Source: Pirellula staleyi DSM 6068 (GTDB lineage: Bacteria; Planctomycetota; Planctomycetia; Pirellulales; Pirellulaceae). From it: a stretch of DNA of 32,000 bases. The position numbers were made by a program, and so were the translations under genes. The notes under the pieces are model-generated. The model did no database searches. It was not told the DNA's origin and worked only from the letters and a program-made list of their open reading frames with translations. Below are positions 24,842 through 32,000 of this stretch, one piece after another; the first letter of the stretch is position 1; the number at the start of each line of letters is the position of its first letter. The stretch spans positions 1,200,001-1,232,000 of the forward strand of contig CP001848.1 of the NCBI GenBank assembly GCA_000025185.1, given 5' to 3'.

Positions 24842-26521
24842 TTGCTTACGATCGACCAACTTGAAGCCCCCACACCGGTTTACGACGAAGTTGCCCAGCG
24901 CTGTCAAGCACTGGAGAAACAGCTGCACGATGCAGAATCGGCAGCCGATCAGCTCGCGACCATTCAAGCCTGGGATCAGCTGCGCCGCGAGCTCGAAACC
25001 TGGGGCGCACTGGTCCATCTGCGATTCAATCAAGACACGACCAACGAGGCGTATAAAAAAGCGCGCGAATATTGCGACGAACTACAGCCGCGCCTCACCG
25101 ACCTGGAAGTTCGGATCAAGCGGCTGCTGCTTTCGAGCCGTTTTCGTCCAGAGATCGAAAAACATTTTGGCCCGCAAGCGTTCGCCCTGTGGGAAGCGGA
25201 TGTGATGGCCTTTGATCCGGCCATCGAGTCCGATCTGGTCGCGGAAAGCAAGCTGCAGGCCGACTATGGCGAAATCTCGGCCCGCGCCAAAGTGACGTTT
25301 CGTGGCGAGTCGTACAACCTGTCGGGGATCGTCAAATTTCGCGAAGATGCCGACCGCACCACACGCTATGAAGCAGAAAAAACACGCTGGCAATGGTTTG
25401 CCGATAATCGCGAACGACTCGATCAGATTTTTCACGACCTCGTGCAGCTGCGACACGGCATGGCCCAAAAGCTGGGCTTTGCCAATTATGTCGAACTGGG
25501 CTACAAGCGGATGAAACGGGTCGACTACGGCAAGACCGATGTCGAGCAATTCCGAGCCGAAGTGCGCGAGCATGTCGTGCCGCTGTCGATGAAACTTCGC
25601 ACGCAGCAGGCCAAAGACCTCGGCGTCGACAAGCTGATGTTTTGGGACGATGCGATTCACGATCTCCGCGGCAATCCTCAGCCTCACGGCGATCACGACT
25701 GGATGGTCGAGCGCGCCATCGAGCTGTTCGATGAGCTGGGGGGCGATCTGAGCGCCTTTTTCCGCCTGATGGTCGACTCGAAACTCACCGACCTCAAGAA
25801 TCGCGATGGTAAAAGCCCGGGCGGTTTCTGCACGTCGTTCCCCACCTACGGCTTGCCCTTCATCTTTGCCAACTTCAACGGCACCAAGCACGATGCCGAA
25901 GTCTTCACCCATGAAATGGGACACGCGCTGCAGAACTATCTCAGCCGCGAGCAGCCGCTGCTCGACTATCTCTGGCCGACCTACGAATCGTGCGAGATTC
26001 ACTCGATGGGGCTCGAGTTCCTCGTCTGGCCGCAAATGGAAAAGTTCTTCGAAGAGGATGCCGAGCGTTTTCGTCAGATTCATCTGAAGCAAGCGCTGCT
26101 GTTCATTCCCTACGGCGTGGCGGTCGATCACTTCCAGCATCTGGTGTACGAAAAACCCGATGCCACCCCGGCCGAGCGGCACGCGATGTGGCAATCGATG
26201 GAGCAGATGTACTTGCCGTGGCGCGACTACGGCGATCTGCCTCACGTGAAGGATGGTGGCTTCTGGCAGTTCCAGCGGCACATCTATCTGAGCCCGTTTT
26301 ACTACATCGATTACACCCTCGCGCAAACCTGCGCGCTGCAGCTGTGGGTCTCATCGAAACGCGATCCCGAGTCGACACTCGCGCGCTACTATGCCCTGTG
26401 CCGTCGCGGTGGCGAAGCGCCGTTTCAGCAGCTCGTGAAAGGGGCCGGACTCGTCAGTCCGTTCCAGGCGGGATGCCTGAAGGATGTCGTTGCCGAAGCG
26501 CGCAAATCGCTGAGCGTGTAA
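24842..26521 (+). CDS. M3-family oligoendopeptidase (PepF-like zinc metallopeptidase)
   Basis: The HEXXH zinc site is in EVFTHEMGHALQNYLS, with a downstream E in YESCEIHSMGLEF. The track ORF opens at 24569 and would overlap the divergent ACAD gene. TTG 24842 gives 559 aa, typical for this family. There is no in-frame ATG until far inside the gene. Confidence 0.85.
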   Translation: MLTIDQLEAPTPVYDEVAQRCQALEKQLHDAESAADQLATIQAWDQLRRELETWGALVHLRFNQDTTNEAYKKAREYCDELQPRLTDLEVRIKRLLLSSRFRPEIEKHFGPQAFALWEADVMAFDPAIESDLVAESKLQADYGEISARAKVTFRGESYNLSGIVKFREDADRTTRYEAEKTRWQWFADNRERLDQIFHDLVQLRHGMAQKLGFANYVELGYKRMKRVDYGKTDVEQFRAEVREHVVPLSMKLRTQQAKDLGVDKLMFWDDAIHDLRGNPQPHGDHDWMVERAIELFDELGGDLSAFFRLMVDSKLTDLKNRDGKSPGGFCTSFPTYGLPFIFANFNGTKHDAEVFTHEMGHALQNYLSREQPLLDYLWPTYESCEIHSMGLEFLVWPQMEKFFEEDAERFRQIHLKQALLFIPYGVAVDHFQHLVYEKPDATPAERHAMWQSMEQMYLPWRDYGDLPHVKDGGFWQFQRHIYLSPFYYIDYTLAQTCALQLWVSSKRDPESTLARYYALCRRGGEAPFQQLVKGAGLVSPFQAGCLKDVVAEARKSLSV

Positions 26522-26530
26522 GGTTCTGCC

Positions 26531-27256
26531 TCACACAAAAAATGCGGCCAGCAGGCCCGAAATCACGATGGCGTCGAACGAACCGGCGCCACCGATCGAC
26601 AAGACTCCGGCACTGATGCGCTCGAAGTGCCGGAAGTTCAAAAGATCGGCCCCTACGAGTGGTCCCAGCACGCCAGCGATGAACGCCACTGGCGCACGCA
26701 CATCGTCGTAGCGATCGCTCCAAAGCAAAATCCAAGCACAGCCAATCGCCGCTAGGGGTGGCAAGAACGCGGGCATCACAATCCCGACGCCCGGCACTGG
26801 TCGGGCAATCGCGTGACAAATGGCGATGTTGATCGCTGCACTAATCACGAGTGCCAAAATGGCCTGCGAACTGTGCGAGCGGACATAGGTCCCTTCGAAC
26901 ACGGCGATCAGCAGCGGGATAATACAGCCCCCAACATTCACCGCAATGATCGTCTCGAGCTGCGAGCGCCGCATCATCGGCACCCACTGCTGTCGCACTT
27001 GCCAAATGCCACTCGCGGTGGCTTGTTCGACATCGCGCCGCACGCGCATTAAGGGCAGGTTGATCATGCTGCCGACGATGATCGCAAAAATGGTCAGCGT
27101 GGCTCCTGACGGCGAGAAATGCAGCTTCTCGAGCGCCGTTTGCATCCCCCCAAACACGAGCGACAGAAACCCGAGCCCAATGATCAAAAAGATTAAGAGC
27201 ACGCAGCCCACTTGCGGCAAGATGGAGACGACAGGAGGTGTTCGATCGGGTTGCAT
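26531..27256 (-). CDS. polytopic membrane protein of unknown function
   Basis: It has about 6-7 hydrophobic helices and a C-terminal SIGGAGSFDAIVISGLLAAFFV. ATG 27256 is preferred over TTG 27274. I weakly recall a DUF1614-like pattern (unverified). Confidence 0.7.
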   Translation of the reverse strand: MQPDRTPPVVSILPQVGCVLLIFLIIGLGFLSLVFGGMQTALEKLHFSPSGATLTIFAIIVGSMINLPLMRVRRDVEQATASGIWQVRQQWVPMMRRSQLETIIAVNVGGCIIPLLIAVFEGTYVRSHSSQAILALVISAAINIAICHAIARPVPGVGIVMPAFLPPLAAIGCAWILLWSDRYDDVRAPVAFIAGVLGPLVGADLLNFRHFERISAGVLSIGGAGSFDAIVISGLLAAFFV

Positions 27257-27347
27257 CGCTATCTCGTGGTGCAAGGGAGAGAGTGGCTCGCAACAGTGGT
27301 CTACACCTCCGAGCCGAGTGTGTCAAATCGGCACTTTGTAATCCCGT

Positions 27348-29129
27348 TTACATTCCACAGCCGCAGCTCGTTTGCCAAACCCGTCCATCGGCCCCCAAGA
27401 TCGGCTGATGCGCACGCACCGGCGGCACTGGTCGGCTGTTGTCGTACCCTCCCCATTTCGTGATCGGCGACCAATCGGGACTCACCGGTGGCAGCGGTGG
27501 CGAATGTTTCGCAAACTCGTCATTCGCGTACACCACACGCCCATCGACCACCGTCAGCACACTCTCGAGCCCACGAATCTGATCGTCGTCGACCGCAAAA
27601 TAGTCGTCGCTCAGCACCGCCAGATCGGCTAGCGCGCCGATCGCCAAACGCCCCTTCTTCCCCTGCTCGCGACTGAACCACGCGCTCCCTTCGGTGTAGA
27701 GCCGCAGTGCTTCTTCGCGCGTCAGTCGATCAGCTTCATCGCACAGCACCGTGCCACCGACGGTCTTCGACGTCACCATCCACCAGAGGCAGGTCCACGG
27801 ATGATAGCTCGCCACGCGTGTCCCATCGGTCCCGGCTCCGATCGGCAGTCCCATCTTCATCATTTGCCGCAAGGGTGGCCGACGTTTGGCCGACTCCACT
27901 CCATAGCGGCGGATGTAATACTCCCCCTGATAGGCCATGCGATGCTGAATCGCGATCCCACCACCGAGCTTGGCGATGCGCTCGAGATTCTGCGGCGTCA
28001 CCGTCTCCGCGTGATCGATGAACCACTGCAGTTTGTCGATCGGATGATCGCGATGCACTTTCTCAAACAGATCGAGGAATCGGCCAATCGATTCGTCATA
28101 GGTCGCGTGAATGCGCCACGGCCATTGGTTCTCGGCGAGTTTTCTCACAACTCCTTCGAGTTCGCTTTCCATCGTGGGGCGCAGATCGGGACGCGGCTGT
28201 AAAAAGTTCTCGAAATCGGCCGCGCTCCAAACTAAGTTTTCCCCCGCGCCATTCACCTTCAAGAGTGCGTCGCCACTGCCGGGCTTGGTGATATCGAGCC
28301 AGCGCGTGTAGTCGGCCAGTTCCGAACCGGGCTTCTGCGCGAACAGACTGTAAGCGACACGCACCGTCAGATGCCCCGCTTGATGGAGCTTGCTCACCAC
28401 TTCGTAGTCGTCGGGATAGTTCTGGCCACCACCACCCGCATCGCAGACACTGGTGACACCAAACCGATTGAGCTCGCGCAGATAATGCCGCGTCGAGTTG
28501 ATTTGATCTTCGAGCGACAGCTTCGGCGCATTGGCAATGGTGGAGTAAAGAATGAGCGCGCTGGGCTCTGCAATCAGGAGCCCTGTCGGGTTCCCTTGCG
28601 TATCGCGCGCGATGAGTCCACCAGGCGGGTTGGGAGTACTTCGATTGAACCCCAGCGCCCGGAGCGCTGCCTGGTTGAGCATCGCTGAATCGTATAGATG
28701 CAGCAGAAAAACCGGGGTTTCCGGCGCAGCGGTGTTGAGCTCTTCGAGCGTCGGCAAGCGCCCTTCGGCAAACTGAAATTCGTTCCACCCCCCAATCACA
28801 CGTACCCACTGAGGAGGCGGTGTCCGCTCAGCTTGCTGCTTGAGCTGCTCGAGCGCTAGCGACAAACTGGGGACACCATCCCAGCGCAGCTCGAGGTTGA
28901 AAAAGAGCCCCGCCCGAATCACATGCAGATGCGAATCGTTGAGACCCGGGATCACGCGCCGCAAATTCAAATCGATCTCGACCGTCTTACTATCGGCCAG
29001 CCCGCGCACCTCCCGATCGTCTCCTACGGCGACGATCTTTCCCCCCTCCATCGCAATCGCACGCACTTCCGGATGCTCGGGATCGAGCGTAGTGATCTTG
29101 CCGCGATACAGAATCAGTTCGGGAGCCAT
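27348..29129 (-). CDS. amidohydrolase-3 family metal-dependent hydrolase (YtcJ-like)
   Basis: VIPGLNDSHLHVIRAG (HxH metal site), IHATYDESI, FIDHAE, GAGTDG and C-terminal LTVVDGRVVY. There is a ~55-aa Pro-rich C-terminal extension ending in SCGCGM. Confidence 0.85.
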   Translation of the reverse strand: MAPELILYRGKITTLDPEHPEVRAIAMEGGKIVAVGDDREVRGLADSKTVEIDLNLRRVIPGLNDSHLHVIRAGLFFNLELRWDGVPSLSLALEQLKQQAERTPPPQWVRVIGGWNEFQFAEGRLPTLEELNTAAPETPVFLLHLYDSAMLNQAALRALGFNRSTPNPPGGLIARDTQGNPTGLLIAEPSALILYSTIANAPKLSLEDQINSTRHYLRELNRFGVTSVCDAGGGGQNYPDDYEVVSKLHQAGHLTVRVAYSLFAQKPGSELADYTRWLDITKPGSGDALLKVNGAGENLVWSAADFENFLQPRPDLRPTMESELEGVVRKLAENQWPWRIHATYDESIGRFLDLFEKVHRDHPIDKLQWFIDHAETVTPQNLERIAKLGGGIAIQHRMAYQGEYYIRRYGVESAKRRPPLRQMMKMGLPIGAGTDGTRVASYHPWTCLWWMVTSKTVGGTVLCDEADRLTREEALRLYTEGSAWFSREQGKKGRLAIGALADLAVLSDDYFAVDDDQIRGLESVLTVVDGRVVYANDEFAKHSPPLPPVSPDWSPITKWGGYDNSRPVPPVRAHQPILGADGRVWQTSCGCGM

Positions 29130-29250
29130 GATTCACCCTTGCTGGGAGGCGAAAGCCGATGAAGACCAGCTCCACGATGTTGGGAAGCTGGTGGACACTT
29201 AGCGAAAGTCGCTCGAGCGCAGTACTGTGACAAGCGCGACCAGCAGCGTG

Positions 29251-29919
29251 CTACTTCACCTTGCGTGCAGGAGCTGCTTTATGCACCATCGTGTAGGCAT
29301 ACTCCACACCGACGCCATAAGCGCCCCCATGTTCGCGCACGAGATCCATCAGCGCGCTGTAGTGCGTGCGATGCGCCCAATCACGCTGGAACTCGAGCAC
29401 CGTCGCCACGGTGGTCATTCGCACTGCTCCAGCTTGCACCATCCGCGACAGCGATGCTTCGTGAGCGGCTGCCGATGTGCCAGCACAAGCATCTTCCACC
29501 ACGTAGATGTTGTACCCAGCCGCCAGCATTTGAAGCGTCGGCCAGGTGATACACACCTCGGTCCAGAGCCCCGACATGAGGATGTTTTTGCGTCCGGTCG
29601 CTTTCACCGCCTCACGAAATGCGGCGGTGTCCCACGAATTCATGCCGGTCCGTTCGATCGGCTGTTGCTGGGGAAAGACGTCGAGCAATTGCGGCCACAT
29701 CGGCCCACTGAACGACTCGGTTTCCACCGTCGTAAGAATCGTCGGCACGTCGAACAACTTGGCCCCTTTCGCAAGCAGGAGCACATTGTTCATCAAAAGC
29801 TGCCGATCGATGCCGCTGCCGACACCAAAAGCCATTTGCGGCTGATGATCGATCATCACCAGCACCGAGTTGTCAGCTGTAATCAGTCCGTCGTCAGTCC
29901 CTGGAAGAATATTAGCCAC
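29251..29919 (-). CDS. isochorismatase-family cysteine hydrolase (YcaC-like)
   Basis: NSVLVMIDHQPQM, RKNILMSGLWTEVCITWPTLQMLAAGYNIYVVEDACAGTS (catalytic Cys context). GTG start at 29919 with GGAG 11 nt upstream. Confidence 0.85.
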   Translation of the reverse strand: MANILPGTDDGLITADNSVLVMIDHQPQMAFGVGSGIDRQLLMNNVLLLAKGAKLFDVPTILTTVETESFSGPMWPQLLDVFPQQQPIERTGMNSWDTAAFREAVKATGRKNILMSGLWTEVCITWPTLQMLAAGYNIYVVEDACAGTSAAAHEASLSRMVQAGAVRMTTVATVLEFQRDWAHRTHYSALMDLVREHGGAYGVGVEYAYTMVHKAAPARKVK

Positions 29920-30088
29920 TGTGTTTCTGCTCCGAGGTTAGGATCACACTACCCAAAATTGGTAGGCGAGTATCCTACGGAGTTGACCTCAGAAGATCAA
30001 ATATTCCTTAGAACCCAATGATTGATAAGTCATCGATTGAAAAACAAATAACTCAATCTTATTAGATGCAAAAGCATTCAATTAACTT

Positions 30089-31249
30089 CTAAGAAGTCGT
30101 GGGGGTAGAAGAGGTCAATTTGGGTGCAAACTCGAGATCGTACAGCCGATAGGTCTTCGTAATTTTAGCCCCCGCCCTCTTGAGGGTTCCAAACGAGAGG
30201 GAGTTGCTCTCGAGCACCCACGAGAACTCCGCTTCTTTAACACCCCACGCCAGTACCTCGGGCAACAGGCGGGCCACGATCACGAGCCCCAATCCCCAGC
30301 GCTGATACTCGGGAACCACATTGGTGCTCAGCACGCGAATGCGGGTTAAAGCTCGGCGATTGAAGAGCAATTTGAGGAATCCGAAAGGGAACAGCCGCCC
30401 CCCCATTTCTTTGATGCGGGGGTTATAGTCGAGCATGGCAAAGCAGGCCCCGAAAATCTTTCCATCGACTTCGCCAATTGTCGTCATCTCGGGGACGATC
30501 AGCATTTTGAGCCCCTTCCCCATATGCTTCACTTCCGCATCGGAAAGTGGCACAAACCCCCAAGTGCCGACGAGCGATTGATTGTAGATATCGAGGAACG
30601 TCTTCACATCTTCATTAAATCGATTACGGTCGAGGCGTCGCAGTTTGATATCAAACCGGCGATTACATTCCTCGACCACAAAGGTCAGTTTTTTGTCGAG
30701 TCCGGCGATCATGTCGACGTGACCCCAGAAGGCATACAGGTCTTGCGTCTTCTGGAACCCAAAGCTTTCGATCAGCTCCCCGTAATAGGGTGGGTTATAG
30801 GTCATCATGAAGGTGGGACTGGAGTCGAATCCATCGACCAACAGACCGCACTCGTAGTTGAGCGATGGATTGCACGGGCCACGTACGGCTGTCATCCCCT
30901 GGGCCATCAGCCAATCGCGAGCTGCCGTGAAGAGAGCGTGGGCTGCCTCCTGGTCGTTCGTGCACTCGAAGAAGCCAAAAAAGCCTCGCTTCTCCTGATA
31001 CTGTCGGTTATGGGCGTGGTTCACGATCGCCGCGATCCGGCCGACCACTTTTCCGTCGCGTTTGGCCAGGAACGTTTCGATCTTGGCATCGTCGTAGAAG
31101 GGATGGCGGGTGTAGTTCACCATCTCTTTGGCCTGCATGCGCAGCGGTGGCACCCAGTACTGATCTCCCTTGTAAATCTGCCAAGGAAGATTCAGGAATT
31201 GGCGACGCTGCCACCACCACCGAACTGGTACGACCTCCAACTTGGACAT
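30089..31249 (-). CDS. GNAT-family N-acetyltransferase (long ~386-aa form)
   Basis: GNAT motif A (Q/RxxGxG) in VVPEYQRWGLGLVIVARLL. The N-terminal region FLNLPWQIYKGDQYWVPPLR...GRIAAIVNHAHN...GFFGFFE is typical of this long GNAT subgroup. ATG 31249 is preferred over the track start at 31366. Confidence 0.7.
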   Translation of the reverse strand: MSKLEVVPVRWWWQRRQFLNLPWQIYKGDQYWVPPLRMQAKEMVNYTRHPFYDDAKIETFLAKRDGKVVGRIAAIVNHAHNRQYQEKRGFFGFFECTNDQEAAHALFTAARDWLMAQGMTAVRGPCNPSLNYECGLLVDGFDSSPTFMMTYNPPYYGELIESFGFQKTQDLYAFWGHVDMIAGLDKKLTFVVEECNRRFDIKLRRLDRNRFNEDVKTFLDIYNQSLVGTWGFVPLSDAEVKHMGKGLKMLIVPEMTTIGEVDGKIFGACFAMLDYNPRIKEMGGRLFPFGFLKLLFNRRALTRIRVLSTNVVPEYQRWGLGLVIVARLLPEVLAWGVKEAEFSWVLESNSLSFGTLKRAGAKITKTYRLYDLEFAPKLTSSTPTTS

Positions 31250-31444
31250 GTTGCACGATCTTGGGAATTCACCCAGCTGGGGGAATGGAGAAGGGACTTT
31301 TGAAGACTTTGTGAAGTCCTCGGTGACTATACCCGGTTCGCTCGATTCGAGCGATATGGGCTGCACTCGGAGCCACGCCCCAGACGATCACGTGCTAGAT
31401 TGTAGGTACAGCACTTGATGGATCTGTGGGCAGGTTTGGCAACT

Positions 31445-32000
31445 ATGCGATATCTGGTGACCGGCGCTTCGGGACTCCTCGGAAATAACATTGTTCGGCA
31501 ACTCGTCGACCGAGGGGATGCTGTTCGTGTACTGATTCGCTCGACCAGCAACCGACGGGCGATCGCAGGCTTGCCACTCGAAATTGCGGAAGGGGACGTC
31601 ACCGACCGCGCTAGCGTGCAGCGTGCTTGCCGCGATGTCGACACGGTGATTCACGCCGCTGGGGATGTCTATATCGGCTGGCATCATCGGGAGCGCTCGT
31701 TCCGGGTGAACGTCGAAGGGACGCGTCACATGGCCACTTCCGCGCGGGAAGTGGGTGCTCGGCTCGTGCATGTCTCGACGATAAATGCCTTGGGTCTTGG
31801 AAAATTCGAGAACCCCGCCACCGAAGAAACCGCGCTCCCCGGCATTGTGGAGTGTCACTATGTCACCTCGAAGCGGGCCGCTGATGAGGTGGTGCGCGAA
31901 GAAGTTTCGCGCGGGCTCTGGGCAGCCATCGTCCATCCCTCGCTCATCTTTGGTCCTTACGACTGGAAACCCTCCTCCGGAAAAATGCTCATCGGTGTCA
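31445..32000 (+). CDS. NAD-dependent epimerase/dehydratase (extended SDR); 3' end lies outside the window
   Basis: Absent from the ORF track because there is no stop in the window. Hand translation from ATG 31445 gives MRYLVTGASGLLGNNIVRQLVDRGDAVRVLIRS (TGxxGxxG Rossmann motif) ... VIHAAG ... HYVTSKRAAD (YxxxK), with no stops to the window end. Confidence 0.8.
   Translation, partial: MRYLVTGASGLLGNNIVRQLVDRGDAVRVLIRSTSNRRAIAGLPLEIAEGDVTDRASVQRACRDVDTVIHAAGDVYIGWHHRERSFRVNVEGTRHMATSAREVGARLVHVSTINALGLGKFENPATEETALPGIVECHYVTSKRAADEVVREEVSRGLWAAIVHPSLIFGPYDWKPSSGKMLIGV

Noticed and set aside
25082-26326. 414-aa ORF antisense to the M3 peptidase gene
   Set aside because: It is the longest shadow ORF in the window. 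It has no recognisable motifs and is fully contained in a gene with a clear HEXXH peptidase signature on the other strand.
26531-31249. Four same-strand genes (membrane protein, amidohydrolase, isochorismatase-family hydrolase, GNAT) as a possible pathway operon
   Set aside because: Intergenic gaps of 91, 121 and 169 nt, the last strongly AT-rich and promoter-like, argue for independent transcription. I know of no established functional link between these families.

Overview
This is a high-GC (~58% by eye) bacterial chromosomal window densely packed with about 27 protein genes and one tRNA. The protein repertoire (Pro-rich secreted low-complexity proteins, BON, VWA, transglutaminase/Asp-box and GMC/AKR oxidoreductases) is reminiscent of Planctomycetota (Pirellulales-like), but that is inference only and no search was possible. 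Much of the window is ordinary core genome: ychF, icd, lpxK, cysC, tRNA-Gly(CCC), an M3 oligoendopeptidase, an SGNH hydrolase, an FNR-like reductase, an amidohydrolase, an isochorismatase-family hydrolase, a GNAT and an SDR epimerase. I found no transposase, integrase, CRISPR array, restriction/defence enzyme, toxin-antitoxin pair or phage gene. I cannot support a claim of a clear novel multi-gene system. The best candidates for uncharacterised biology are listed here. (1) A translationally coupled pair of paralogous lipoproteins in an operon with an MFS permease (12190-14840). (2) An AT-rich intergenic region with a ~70-nt periodic repeat (TTATAAGACA ... CTTCTAAC, twice) next to an orphan 109-aa gene (14931-15580). 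(3) A same-strand envelope cluster: a Tyr/Pro/Cys-rich secreted low-complexity protein with aberrant codon usage, then a membrane-anchored VWA protein, then a secreted helical-repeat protein (1-3362). (4) Several unusually long non-coding spacers (10319-10799 after the tRNA, 21785-22281, and the icd leader) that could hide small RNAs or leaders. Two edge-truncated genes (1-508 minus, 31445-32000 plus) are absent from the ORF track and were translated by hand. Many long ORFs in the track are antisense shadow ORFs typical of high-GC DNA and were rejected.
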